A DNA stretch of 64,000 nucleotides. Origin: a virus. The first letter of the stretch is position 1, and every line of letters starts with the position of its first letter. The position numbers were made by a program, and so were the translations under genes. Below are positions 29,173-38,128 of this stretch, in pieces. The stretch spans positions 1 to 64,000 of the IMG/VR virus record IMGVR_UViG_3300017917_003583; one strand, 5' to 3'. Below the pieces are notes generated by a model, which saw only the letters and a list, made by a program, of their open reading frames with translations, did not search any database and had not been told where the DNA came from.

Positions 29173-29295
29173 TCATGTGCAGTTCAATCAGGTGCACTGC
29201 CAGACTCAACACCACGCCCAGCAAGGCCAGCACGGTCATGGTGTTGATGATGGTCCAGTTTTCAGGCAGTTTAGGTGGTTGCTGTTGTGACATAT

Positions 29296-29318
29296 GAAAA
29301 AGCCCGGTTGCCCGGGCT
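29296..29318 (-). terminator. rho-independent terminator after nadV
   Basis: On the minus strand: AGCCCGG-GCAA-CCGGGCT followed by TTTTT. Confidence 0.6.
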
Positions 29319-29325
29319 GTTGAGT

Positions 29326-30723
29326 TTAACCGCGAGCGTTGGCTCGGACTTGTTCAAACGAGATCTCGTTGTAAAGTTTTCCGTTCTCAAACACCTTCTG
29401 GAGAACATCGACGAATGGGCCAATGCCGCGATCAGTCCAACCGGTAGGTTGATTGACGGCACTAACATATTCGCCCCCACTACTCCAAAGGGTCACTCGG
29501 CCTGCTTTAGATTTCTTACCTGCGTCGGTAATAGGGTCCTTCTGGACATCCACCCAAGTTCCGTTGATACAGGCCGACGACGCCTTCATTGCGAACTTTT
29601 GGGTGTCTCGGTCCACTTGCTGTAGAAGGGCGCCGCCCATACCGAAAGCAATGTTGTCTGCACTCCAGCCCATAGCCATAAAGGCGCCCAGAATGCTGCG
29701 GATAGTGAGTTCATTAACTCCGTCTCCTTGGATGAGTCGAACATTGTTGAGGACACGGAATCCTTTTGAGTTGACGGTGTAGCCAAATTTTTCTCCTAAG
29801 ATTTCAACCAATCGACGGTTAACTTCAACAGGATCACCGGAATCAGGGCGAATAACAACGGTAGCACCACTATCAATAACAAGCTGGCGGAGATCTTCCC
29901 CCCAAAGTTTTGATGCGGCATTGAAAATATCGTAGCTGTCGCTAACCACGGCAACGATGCTACCAGATCGACCAAATTGACGAACCATGTTTTCATAGGC
30001 TTTTACTTCGTTGTCACGACCCCAGCTGGTGATGGTGCTGTGTTCTGCGGCAGGTATTGAGAATCCAGCAATACCAGCATTGTAGTATTCACGAGCAAAG
30101 AGAATACCAGAGATAGTATCAGTGCCCATGAAGTTAACCAAGTGGGCGGCTCCGCCGATACCAGCACTTTCAAGGCTAGAAACACCCCGAGCACCAAAGT
30201 CGTGCAGCTTGAAGTCAATAAGACCAGGATCACCAGTTTTCTCCAGGTATTCAGCAATCACTTGCCGGATTTTCCAACTCTGTGTTGCCACCGTGGTGGG
30301 ATACCAGATGGCACGAAGCAGGGCTGTTTCAAGCCAAGTGGTCAGCCAGAAGCATTCTGGGTCAGTGTTTTCGATTGTGGCCAGCACGTTCTTAACGGGC
30401 ACCACTGTTCCTTCGGGTACTGCTCGGATAACAACTGGAAGAAATCCATTGTGCCGGTCAAGAATGTATTGCCATCCTGCTCGGTTGAAAGGCTCACCGT
30501 GTGCGGTAAGTATTTCATCAGCGACGTCAATGTCAGCCTGGGTGATTGGTTCGAGTAGGTATTCTTTGATAAAGGCCTGGAGTCCAAAGAACACAGTCTT
30601 ATCGTAACGTCCTCCCCGGCTCTCAATATATGAATGGACACCTGTGGTACCTTGTGGCATCTGCTTCCACATACTAACTTTATAACTGTCAGTATTAAGA
30701 ATGATTGATTTTGAAAAAGACAT
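29326..30723 (-). CDS. nadV: nicotinamide phosphoribosyltransferase (Nampt / NadV)
   Basis: SIILNTDSYKVSMW N-terminus and full-length Nampt architecture. ATG at 30723 with AAGGAA RBS; the ORF-track start is an upstream GTG. Confidence 0.85.
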   Translation of the reverse strand: MSFSKSIILNTDSYKVSMWKQMPQGTTGVHSYIESRGGRYDKTVFFGLQAFIKEYLLEPITQADIDVADEILTAHGEPFNRAGWQYILDRHNGFLPVVIRAVPEGTVVPVKNVLATIENTDPECFWLTTWLETALLRAIWYPTTVATQSWKIRQVIAEYLEKTGDPGLIDFKLHDFGARGVSSLESAGIGGAAHLVNFMGTDTISGILFAREYYNAGIAGFSIPAAEHSTITSWGRDNEVKAYENMVRQFGRSGSIVAVVSDSYDIFNAASKLWGEDLRQLVIDSGATVVIRPDSGDPVEVNRRLVEILGEKFGYTVNSKGFRVLNNVRLIQGDGVNELTIRSILGAFMAMGWSADNIAFGMGGALLQQVDRDTQKFAMKASSACINGTWVDVQKDPITDAGKKSKAGRVTLWSSGGEYVSAVNQPTGWTDRGIGPFVDVLQKVFENGKLYNEISFEQVRANARG

Positions 30724-30775
30724 AAAAGTTCCTTTTATATAAAATGCCACCTGTCTATCCAGTGGACTTGTTGTT

Positions 30776-30804
30776 AGTATAGCACAGACTTATTTCTGTG
30801 TCAA
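30776..30804 (-). promoter_or_regulatory. promoter P7 (TTGACA-17-TATACT)
   Basis: Drives nadV; overlaps the 3' end of the HNH gene. Confidence 0.65.
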
Positions 30805-31569
30805 TACCTTACAATTGCCAAAATGCCACCTTGGCATCACAAGCATTGTTCCTTCCTTGCCACAATGTGGGCAAGTTACTTTTTTAGACTTTTCCTCTCG
30901 TAGTTGTTGTCTTTGCTCATCAGTCACTGGAGGTTTTTTACTTGGTTTGCCCAACAACCTTTGCCGCTGAGCTTCTTTTCTCTCATCAGTCCAAGCCCAG
31001 CCGTCGCGCTCTTTCATAGTTTTTTTACGCTGTTCTACAAGTTCTTGCGGTATTGGTTTGCCCTTCCAATATCCTTCTTTCCCTGTGTTTGCTAAACTCA
31101 TTTTAAATTTAGTTTCTTCGCTATGCCACGGTCCGTTTTTCTTTCTGCTTTCGGTTCTGGCTTTCACATGCTCTGGGTCTTGTTTCTTACCTTTAGCTGC
31201 TAACGATTTCTTCTGTTTAGCAACTTCGTCTGTGGAGACTCTGTGAGCGTGTGCTATCCGAAGTTGTTCATAAACTCGATTGGTTACCCGATAACGGGAG
31301 AACGCCTTGTTAGCACATGCCATTTTATATACAGCATGCACCATGCCAGACTCTGGATAAATCTTTGCCAAAAATCTATGAGCCATGAAATGTTCTCGGG
31401 CAGTTAGTGCTATTAGATTTTCGGGGTCGTCGGTCCCCCCAAAGCTCCTTGGAAGAATATGATGGGATTCTGTATAACCGGTAGGATCCCCTAATGCTCG
31501 CCTGTTAGCGATGAGATTCTCATACAATTTTTCGTAGTTCATATCAAGGTCCTTGTATTGATTGGACAT
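30790..31569 (-). CDS. HNH homing endonuclease
   Basis: ESHHILPRSFGGTDDPENLIALTAREHFMAH. ATG at 31569; TTGTATAAATAT lies immediately upstream. Confidence 0.8.
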   Translation of the reverse strand: MSNQYKDLDMNYEKLYENLIANRRALGDPTGYTESHHILPRSFGGTDDPENLIALTAREHFMAHRFLAKIYPESGMVHAVYKMACANKAFSRYRVTNRVYEQLRIAHAHRVSTDEVAKQKKSLAAKGKKQDPEHVKARTESRKKNGPWHSEETKFKMSLANTGKEGYWKGKPIPQELVEQRKKTMKERDGWAWTDERKEAQRQRLLGKPSKKPPVTDEQRQQLREEKSKKVTCPHCGKEGTMLVMPRWHFGNCKVLTQK

Positions 31570-31605
31570 ACTATATTTATACAATGCATGAGAATGCTGC
31601 TGTCT

Positions 31606-32049
31606 TTAACCCATTTCTGCGTCAACTGGTTTGGGCAAATTGCCGGTCTCTATTTTCCCATTTGGATAAAAAATGATATAAGGCGATTTCCGTTTCTTGG
31701 CGTAGGAGCAGGTGTACCAGGTGCCTCCCCGACTCTGCCACTCATCCTGCAGGGGAACCACAATCAACAGTTCAGTGTCCAGCACAATCTGCCGATCCCG
31801 GGCCAGGTAGTTGCGCACCTCTCGGATCTCGTCGCCACCAAAGAATCCCTGTTGTTCAGTCAGCCGTGGTGGGTGACACACAATACGCCAGCCCAGATGC
31901 CGAGCAATGGCAGCCACTTCAACATCCACACCGCGGCAATCGCCATGATGCAGTTCGTGCCCTGAACCCAGGCTCATGAGATACTCAGTGACCTGTTTCA
32001 ATTGCCTATCGTTTGCACCTTCTCGGGTGCCTGTTACTCCCACTCTCAT
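31606..32049 (-). CDS. SLOG-family (DUF2493/YspA-like) Rossmann nucleotide-processing protein
   Basis: VGVTGTREG...HHGDCRGVD pattern. Start at MRVGV, ATGA-coupled to the upstream small gene. Confidence 0.5.
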   Translation of the reverse strand: MRVGVTGTREGANDRQLKQVTEYLMSLGSGHELHHGDCRGVDVEVAAIARHLGWRIVCHPPRLTEQQGFFGGDEIREVRNYLARDRQIVLDTELLIVVPLQDEWQSRGGTWYTCSYAKKRKSPYIIFYPNGKIETGNLPKPVDAEMG

Positions 32050-32267
32050 GCGTTGCCCTTTGCTGGCCGAGCCACGTGGAACCAAGTCAGGTCTTGGGCC
32101 TGGGCAAACCTAAACTCAATGCCGTCCATGACATGATTGGCGCGAAACCGACCAGGCATGTTTTTGTGCAACCAACGGTGTGCATCAAGCGCCCCCTGCC
32201 CGCCCCAATAGAGAAAGGCTCTGTAAGGATAAGCTCGTTCCAGTTGGCGACGTTGACGGCTGTTCAT
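32046..32267 (-). CDS. hypothetical small protein
   Basis: ATGA-coupled upstream of the SLOG gene. C-terminal AQDLTWFHVAR faintly resembles the LRW family. Confidence 0.4.
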   Translation of the reverse strand: MNSRQRRQLERAYPYRAFLYWGGQGALDAHRWLHKNMPGRFRANHVMDGIEFRFAQAQDLTWFHVARPAKGNA

Positions 32268-32477
32268 GCTGCTGACTCCTCTAGGACAGTGACACTGATT
32301 TTCATTTGGCCGGTCTCAATCCGCAGGGATTCTCTTTGCACACTGAGCTGACACCACAGTATATGACCCTTCCACAACGGCTGCACTTGGGCTCTGGGTG
32401 ACCCTGGGCTGCATCAAACAGTTGCTTCGTCCTGTCCGCCGCAGCGCGGGCCCTTGTCATGGCTTGATCCTGGGGTG

Positions 32478-32951
32478 TCATTGCCCAAACTCCACCAGTG
32501 TCACTGTGCCCAGAGTCTCTGCATGCCGCACAGCAAATGCCTCCAACATGGCAATGATGCGTTCGCGATTGCCACCTGCCAAGCCCATGCCAATGTACGG
32601 GAAACCAATTCGAGTGCCCGGGAACTGTTGGGCCAGGGTGTCAAGAATGCGTTGGAAGCCTTCGTATTCAAACAGGTCGTCGGTCTTGCCTGGCCCGTTG
32701 AATCCGATCTGTGTGTATGCATTCACAATGGAAAACAGTTTACCTGGCAACAAGGTGAAAGTTCCAATTTTGCTGCGATCACCCCATTTTGTTTGCTTCA
32801 CGTCCACTTCGTAAGCACCTGGGTAGCGTAGACGAATCTCGCGGGCAATGCCTGACCCCATGGTGTGGAAGCAGTTGCATCCATGCACAATCAGGTTGAA
32901 GTCACCTGCCTGGGCCATGTCAATGAGATTGCCTCGTGCGTGTTTCAACAT
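32478..32951 (-). CDS. macro-domain protein (ADP-ribose binding / hydrolase)
   Basis: NLIVHGCNCFHTMGSGIAREI and GFPYIGMGLAGG glycine-rich macro motifs. Start at MLKHARG. Confidence 0.7.
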   Translation of the reverse strand: MLKHARGNLIDMAQAGDFNLIVHGCNCFHTMGSGIAREIRLRYPGAYEVDVKQTKWGDRSKIGTFTLLPGKLFSIVNAYTQIGFNGPGKTDDLFEYEGFQRILDTLAQQFPGTRIGFPYIGMGLAGGNRERIIAMLEAFAVRHAETLGTVTLVEFGQ

Positions 32952-32952
32952 G

Positions 32953-33213
32953 TTAGTGGTCTCCCCATTGGCTGGTGTTGTGGTCTGCGTTGCTGGGCGC
33001 ACGGTTGTTGGCGGCAAAGGCCAGTGGTTCTTCAACAAAGTTCACAGTGCAGCCAGTTAGATTAACTGTACGGACACTGGAGTGAACCCAGTCCTCGGTG
33101 CTCTCGACCAGTGAGAACGCAATGTTAGCCACTTTGCGACCAGTGTGTGCTTCCATGGCCTCGCGAATGAGATTTTTGAGGTCTTCCTGGTTGAGCTTTG
33201 CGCTCATGTTCAT
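32953..33213 (-). CDS. hypothetical small protein
   Basis: TAACATG-coupled to the macro gene. Start is ATG at 33213 or GTG at 33225. Confidence 0.4.
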   Translation of the reverse strand: MNMSAKLNQEDLKNLIREAMEAHTGRKVANIAFSLVESTEDWVHSSVRTVNLTGCTVNFVEEPLAFAANNRAPSNADHNTSQWGDH

Positions 33214-33237
33214 TTTGATATCCACGGTGTTCTCCTG

Positions 33238-33594
33238 TTAGGAAGTTTTGATGCCCAAGACCTGGCGTTCTTCTGGGGTAAGTTTGGCCAGTGCTGCCTC
33301 TCGCACTTGCTTGAGGCGCTCCTCTTCGCGATGTTTGGCATCCAGAATCTTGTGATCTTTGTGCCACTCGACCACTTGTGCTTTGGTAACACCAGCTTCC
33401 TTGAAGTTGATCCAATCGTAGAAGTCACCCGTCTTGGGGCTCACAGTTTCCACAAGGCTGTCCACATGTTCAAGTGCGGTCAAGGCCTGACACAGCACAC
33501 TCTCAGCAAATGCAATTTGCCGTTTGAGTGCAGGCTGGGTAACATCCCGGTAGTATTGTTCGGGGTGGTCGTCGTAGTAGTCTCTGCAGGGCAT
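33238..33594 (-). CDS. hypothetical protein (paralog of 39041..39412)
   Basis: AAAGGA RBS. C-terminal EAALAKLTPEERQVLGI matches ADALAKLSQEEREELGL of 39041..39412. Confidence 0.5.
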   Translation of the reverse strand: MPCRDYYDDHPEQYYRDVTQPALKRQIAFAESVLCQALTALEHVDSLVETVSPKTGDFYDWINFKEAGVTKAQVVEWHKDHKILDAKHREEERLKQVREAALAKLTPEERQVLGIKTS

Positions 33595-33595
33595 G

Positions 33596-33793
33596 TCAAT
33601 ATCCTTTCACAGTCACCTGATGATTGCATTCAGGACACTCGATGTATTTGATTACATCACGGTCACCAGTGTAGTCGCTGACGGTACGTTCTTTTATGTC
33701 TCTTGGTACATATTGTAACGTACATCCGCAATTTCTGCAAATGGTTTCTTTCACGACACTTTGGTGAGGGGTTCTAGATACAACAGTTACCAC
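33596..33793 (-). CDS. zinc-ribbon protein
   Basis: CRNCGC...CPECNH four-Cys ribbon; GTG start with TAAGGAC RBS. Confidence 0.45.
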   Translation of the reverse strand: MVTVVSRTPHQSVVKETICRNCGCTLQYVPRDIKERTVSDYTGDRDVIKYIECPECNHQVTVKGY

Positions 33794-33802
33794 GGCATGT
33801 CC

Positions 33803-33961
33803 TTAGAAAATGTATCGCATGAGAGCAGCACCGTTTAGGGCACTGGCAAACATGTTGAAATAGTAACCAAACGAGTTTTTGTTGTTTTGGCAGCGGCTGG
33901 CCACTCGCCAGCTGAACACCGCCAATGCCAAGTGCATCAAAATCAACAGTATCGAACTCAT
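33803..33961 (-). CDS. 52-aa membrane protein
   Basis: MSSILLILMHLALAVFSWRV. ATGA-coupled to the upstream gene, and preferred over the overlapping 33774..33980 frame. Confidence 0.35.
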   Translation of the reverse strand: MSSILLILMHLALAVFSWRVASRCQNNKNSFGYYFNMFASALNGAALMRYIF

Positions 33962-34317
33962 TTGAATATACCTGTTTCAAATTGGTTACTGATGTCTACA
34001 ATTTCATCAATGAGATTTTGATGGTTGGTCGGATCGTTCTCATTTTTTAATTTTTCGTGCAATTCAGAATACCTTTTGCTTAACGCACTGAATACGTTTT
34101 TATCTTTTGGTACATGAATCCATATGTATTCCTTCGCATCAATTTCCCAAACTCCGTCTTTTAGATATGGGGCAGACTCAGCACGCCACTCACGTCCCAC
34201 TTGAGTGCCATCATCATCAAACATGATGAAGAAATCGCCAACCGCAATGTCCGCTAATTGAACAGTGATGTGTTCACCACCTTGCCTTTTCTTTATAGTT
34301 CGTGAATTTACGTTCAT
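33958..34317 (-). CDS. hypothetical protein
   Basis: 119-aa ORF. Confidence 0.45.
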   Translation of the reverse strand: MNVNSRTIKKRQGGEHITVQLADIAVGDFFIMFDDDGTQVGREWRAESAPYLKDGVWEIDAKEYIWIHVPKDKNVFSALSKRYSELHEKLKNENDPTNHQNLIDEIVDISNQFETGIFK

Positions 34318-34511
34318 GATTCAACTCCAGAGTGAGTGTGATGATAGTCCATGCGCAGGTCTGACAAGGTCCAGTCTCGATACTGCCACCACGCACTGGT
34401 GCCAACGATCAAACCTTGACAAGCCGCTTCGTTGGTTCGGTGAGTGGCTTCTTCCCGCAAGGTGAGATTGACTTCTCGACCATACAAATGTTCAAACACC
34501 AGTTCTTTCAT
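34314..34511 (-). CDS. hypothetical small protein
   Basis: ATGA-coupled. Confidence 0.4.
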   Translation of the reverse strand: MKELVFEHLYGREVNLTLREEATHRTNEAACQGLIVGTSAWWQYRDWTLSDLRMDYHHTHSGVES

Positions 34512-34744
34512 GATTCAACTCCGAAATGTTGTTTAATCTTTTTATTCACAAAAACATAGTGTTTTGAATCAATCAATCCATCCGCCCATTGCGATCCAAC
34601 ATCAGCGCATTCCTGAACAATCAACTCGGCGAACTTTCTTGCCTTGGCCACACTGGCGTGGTCAGGTGTTATTGCTCCAGATGGCAGAGCATCCCATTGA
34701 ATCAGATCAGCCTGTTTGGCAAGTTCAAAAATTCGGTTGTTCAT
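34508..34744 (-). CDS. small protein, family 2 (MNxRIxEL...FAELIVQEC...KQHFGV)
   Basis: Family signature; TGACATG coupling to natV. Confidence 0.5.
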   Translation of the reverse strand: MNNRIFELAKQADLIQWDALPSGAITPDHASVAKARKFAELIVQECADVGSQWADGLIDSKHYVFVNKKIKQHFGVES

Positions 34745-34745
34745 G

Positions 34746-35765
34746 TCATGCACCAAGAAAGGTCATTAAGATTTCGAAGTGATCGTCAAAGCATTCTTCA
34801 CTCTTGACCTCTGCGATGGGAACCCAACGTGCCTTCTCTGCATCATCCTGACCCCGCACTCGGGGCAGTTCCCCGTCGGGCAGTTGAATGTAGAATGCAT
34901 GGGTTATTGTGCGCCCACGAGCGCTGCGATCCACAGCATCGAACACCCGACTGCGAACAATACTGCCGCGCAGTACAGGAGCAGGGACTTTGATTCCGGT
35001 TTCTTCACGCAGTTCACGAATCGCTGCGGCTTCCACACTTTTGTCAGTGTTGGCATTAACAAATCCTCCAGGTAGTGCCCACAGTCCTCGGCCAGGTTCG
35101 CTGCGGCGTTTGATCATCAATACATGCCCGCTTTGAATAACCACAGCATCCGCAGTGACAAAGATGGGTGGATAGGGCAGGCTTGCGTATTGCTTTTTGT
35201 AGTTGTCAATGAACTCACGTTCACGGATGATCTGCTCGAATTCTTCGCTCTTACGGAACTCCATGAGAAAATCGTAGGTAGTAGGTGGCACCACGTTCTT
35301 GATGAAGTTGCTGTTGAAACTACGCTTGAAGTAAAGACCCCGAATGTCCACAGCACTCAAGGGCTCGATTTCTTCCACGTTGACGGATTCCCACTGGGGG
35401 AACATGTCCAAGTAGAAGCTGGACTCGTCTTTTTTGTAGCCAATGATGGCGTCTTTGCGACCCAGGCAACGATACTTGCTCTGGATGCTCTGCACTCGCA
35501 CAGCCCAAGCCTGGTCGTTGTAGATGGTGTCGGTGTTGGATTCGATATGCACCTGCATGTTCAAGCCAGCAGTGGCACTACGAATCATTTGGCGACGTTC
35601 TTCAAATGTGAACGGGTTCTTGTAAGTGCGGGGCTGATTGGCACTGCCCACGATCACCACAAGATTGTCAGTCAGTGCAGTGCAGCGCTTGATGATTTCC
35701 AAGTGTGCATTGTGCAGGGGTTGGAAGCGTCCGATTAGAACAACGGAGTTATAGGGCTTAGACAT
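34746..35765 (-). CDS. natV: bifunctional NMN adenylyltransferase / Nudix hydrolase (NadM / NatV-type)
   Basis: N-terminal cytidylyltransferase motif VLIGRFQPLHNAH; C-terminal Nudix box GGFVNANTDKSVEAAAIRELREETGI. Start at MSKPYN with AAGGAGA RBS. Confidence 0.8.
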   Translation of the reverse strand: MSKPYNSVVLIGRFQPLHNAHLEIIKRCTALTDNLVVIVGSANQPRTYKNPFTFEERRQMIRSATAGLNMQVHIESNTDTIYNDQAWAVRVQSIQSKYRCLGRKDAIIGYKKDESSFYLDMFPQWESVNVEEIEPLSAVDIRGLYFKRSFNSNFIKNVVPPTTYDFLMEFRKSEEFEQIIREREFIDNYKKQYASLPYPPIFVTADAVVIQSGHVLMIKRRSEPGRGLWALPGGFVNANTDKSVEAAAIRELREETGIKVPAPVLRGSIVRSRVFDAVDRSARGRTITHAFYIQLPDGELPRVRGQDDAEKARWVPIAEVKSEECFDDHFEILMTFLGA

Positions 35766-35943
35766 TTTCAGTCTCCTTAACTGTGTATTCCAAAATTTCA
35801 TCGGCGCTGATGCTTTTATATTTCAAGGCCATCATAGCATACTCGCCGGCAACTTTGCCGGCCCATTGATCTGCGCTCATGCCCAAACTATTGTCATCGG
35901 GCACACTGACCAGAATCTTAACAGAGATTTCAAACTGTTTCAT
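35758..35943 (-). CDS. hypothetical small protein
   Basis: 61-aa ORF. Confidence 0.35.
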   Translation of the reverse strand: MKQFEISVKILVSVPDDNSLGMSADQWAGKVAGEYAMMALKYKSISADEILEYTVKETENV

Positions 35944-36296
35944 TTCATTCCTTCCAGTGCAGCAACTTTTTTGGCCAGGTCTTGTTGAATACGTGCAATC
36001 TCTGCCATGGCCCGTGCCTTGGCTTTTGAAACCAGTTCAGTAGTTTGAACCACTTGGGCTCGAACCTCAACCTCCAGGACTTCGATTCTCACAACATCCC
36101 GCCGCATATAGTCATCGCTGCCAAATGTGGGAATCTTGTCCAACGACTCAAAAGTTTTGAAGCGGTCGAAGAAAGGGCTCCAGTAGGGATAGCCCCCGCT
36201 GTGCGAGTCAGTGTCATAGTAGACACGTTTGCCCCCTTTGTCAACGGCCGACAAAGCATAAGTTTTCTTGATGGTGAATTCGGTAGACTCGCTCAT
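35940..36296 (-). CDS. hypothetical protein
   Basis: ATGA-coupled on both sides. Confidence 0.45.
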   Translation of the reverse strand: MSESTEFTIKKTYALSAVDKGGKRVYYDTDSHSGGYPYWSPFFDRFKTFESLDKIPTFGSDDYMRRDVVRIEVLEVEVRAQVVQTTELVSKAKARAMAEIARIQQDLAKKVAALEGMK

Positions 36297-36670
36297 TGCA
36301 GTTCTCCCAGTTCTTTGCGGGCCTTTTCCAGAGCCGCTTCAAGCTCCCGGACCCGTTGCTCTGCTGCCACACGACGGGCAGTGCTGTCTTTGTCGATTTT
36401 GACAGGAGCGCTCATGAGTCGGATATCGCCGCCTGCGCCCCAAGTCCAAAAGTTGGGCAAGGTCACAGCATAGGTCATAACGTCTTCCAACGTGCCCTCG
36501 AACATGCCTAGTTCGGGTTGATAGTGATGGCCACCAAAGTCACAGTTGGGGTCTTCGCCCAAGACCTTCCAGACACCAGTCTGGCTCATGCTGTACTTTT
36601 TGACCAGTTCGCGGCCACTGTAGGTTTTGAGGTATTGATCCAGGCGTTGCTGGGGTGTAAATTTTGACAT
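36293..36670 (-). CDS. hypothetical protein
   Basis: AAGGAG RBS; C-terminal coiled coil. Confidence 0.5.
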   Translation of the reverse strand: MSKFTPQQRLDQYLKTYSGRELVKKYSMSQTGVWKVLGEDPNCDFGGHHYQPELGMFEGTLEDVMTYAVTLPNFWTWGAGGDIRLMSAPVKIDKDSTARRVAAEQRVRELEAALEKARKELGELQ

Positions 36671-36693
36671 ACAAAACTCCTTTGTATAGTGAA

Positions 36694-36717
36694 AGCTAAG
36701 AGTCTATCTCTTAGCTA
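36694..36717. repeat. 9-bp inverted repeat AGCTAAGAG-tctatc-CTCTTAGCT in an intergenic leader
   Basis: Between 36740 and 36670, just upstream of an AAGGAG RBS. Confidence 0.5.
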
Positions 36718-36739
36718 TATGTCTATTTATCTTAGTGTA

Positions 36740-36937
36740 TCACACACCATTGTTTTTGTCAACAGGGTCCTGGCCACGCATGTCACGTTCTTGGTCGCGC
36801 CGCGCTGAAAATCTGCCCAAAAAGTAGCACAGTGCACCAACTGCTGCCATCCACAGTGCCACCCGGTAATCACCAGTGCGGCCCAGCATGGCAATGGAGC
36901 AGAACGCAATGTAGAATCCAGCAATCCAGTGAATCAT
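36740..36937 (-). CDS. small membrane protein
   Basis: Two TM helices; ATGA-coupled. Confidence 0.4.
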   Translation of the reverse strand: MIHWIAGFYIAFCSIAMLGRTGDYRVALWMAAVGALCYFLGRFSARRDQERDMRGQDPVDKNNGV

Positions 36938-37308
36938 TGCATCACCTGCTCGATCATTTCCAAGATTTGGGTCAGTGCCGCCAACTCGTAGCGCTTCATG
37001 AGATTGGCACAGGCCGAAGTGCTGGCTTCGGGATATCGTGCAGCGTTGCGGATGTTGCTGCTGAGATAGCTGGTCACTTGTTCCAGCGTGACCGCTTGCT
37101 TGGGGTCTTGCTGAGCAACCGCATCACGAATCCGCCGGCATTGCTGCACCAGGGCCGCTGCGGCCATTGCGCTGTCGCCCCACTGAAATGCGTAGACTGG
37201 ATCAATTTCCAGTCCCTTGGCAAACTTGTCCACAGCGCGTTGGTTGGATTCGATTTCAAAATCCAGACGCTTGATCAGTTGTTGCTTGGGGCATGCAGCT
37301 TGGCTCAT
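36934..37308 (-). CDS. hypothetical protein
   Basis: Promoter P8 and AGGAG leader directly upstream. Confidence 0.5.
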   Translation of the reverse strand: MSQAACPKQQLIKRLDFEIESNQRAVDKFAKGLEIDPVYAFQWGDSAMAAAALVQQCRRIRDAVAQQDPKQAVTLEQVTSYLSSNIRNAARYPEASTSACANLMKRYELAALTQILEMIEQVMQ

Positions 37309-37314
37309 ATCCGG

Positions 37315-37350
37315 CTCCTGTTTGTTTACGCTATGTTGATATTATAGCAC
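37315..37350. repeat. 35-bp promoter-leader cassette, copy A
   Basis: ctcctgtttgtttacgctatgttgatattatagcac. Confidence 0.8.
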
Positions 37351-37369
37351 AAGGTGCCATTTTGGTCAA
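37341..37369 (-). promoter_or_regulatory. promoter P8 (TTGACC-17-TATAAT) plus conserved leader
   Basis: Perfect consensus; the leader ATCAACATAGCGTAAACAAACAGGAG is shared with P9 and P10. Confidence 0.7.
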
Positions 37370-37375
37370 ATCTTG

Positions 37376-37780
37376 TCACGAGTCCCGGCCAGTCAAAGTG
37401 TCCAGCATGTGTTGACGTTCACGACGGAATTGACGGACTTTGTATGTCACCAACACGGCCAGACTGTACACTGCCACCACAGTACCGAACACCCAAGACA
37501 CCGTGCCAATTGCGCTGATAAACTGCTCTCGTGGTGCTTCAATTATGACAAAAGTGATTGCGGTGGCCAGCAGCGCCACTAGATATGACAGCACCGAAAT
37601 CACCACCAACTTGGCCCAGCCATCGGCTTGATCATGTTCAAATGCTTCCACGTGATCCTGTGCAAACTCAATGGGCAGTCGAAACACTATGTAAAACACA
37701 GCCACTAGAAAGTTGCTGGCCATGCGCACCGTGTCACGAGCAAACCATTTGACAAAATCTCTCAGTTCAATCAGGGTCAT
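37376..37780 (-). CDS. membrane protein, third of three tandem paralogs
   Basis: Three TM helices; C-terminal VRQFRRERQHMLDTL resembles the endings of the two neighbours. Confidence 0.5.
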   Translation of the reverse strand: MTLIELRDFVKWFARDTVRMASNFLVAVFYIVFRLPIEFAQDHVEAFEHDQADGWAKLVVISVLSYLVALLATAITFVIIEAPREQFISAIGTVSWVFGTVVAVYSLAVLVTYKVRQFRRERQHMLDTLTGRDS

Positions 37781-37795
37781 ATTGTTCTTTCAAAA

Positions 37796-38128
37796 TTATC
37801 GAAGGCGATCCAATGTACGTTGTTTTTCTTTGCGATAGCGTTCTAGTTCAATGTTGAGGCTGACGCCCGCACAACTCACCAACCAGTGAATCAAGCTGAT
37901 CCACAACACCAACACAAAAGACTTGGTGAACCACATGAACACGAAAAATGTGAATATGGTGATCATCCAAAATCCCACAAACCAGCCAGCCAAATGTCCG
38001 TGACGTTTTGTAAACTCACGCAGCTGGCGCCAGGGCCAACTGAAAAAGAGCATCACCGCGTTGACGGGTGCATGTCCGCCCAGCATGCGCCGAGCCAACC
38101 ACTGTAGAAAGTGCCAGTATTCAGTCAT
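37796..38128 (-). CDS. membrane protein, paralog
   Basis: MTEYWHFLQWLARR... ELERYRKEKQRTLDRL. Confidence 0.5.
   Translation of the reverse strand: MTEYWHFLQWLARRMLGGHAPVNAVMLFFSWPWRQLREFTKRHGHLAGWFVGFWMITIFTFFVFMWFTKSFVLVLWISLIHWLVSCAGVSLNIELERYRKEKQRTLDRLR

Noticed and set aside
29169-29293. 41-aa hydrophobic ORF (MSQQQPPKLPENWTIINTMTVLALLGVVLSLAVHLIELHMT) between the nadV terminator and promoter P6
   Set aside because: No RBS; it starts immediately after the terminator T-run, and its stop overlaps the P6 -35. It would be transcribed only by read-through.
33774-33980. 68-aa ORF in the six-frame track
   Set aside because: The overlapping frame 33803..33961 is ATGA-coupled to the upstream gene and encodes a clean TM peptide; 33774..33980 has no start context.
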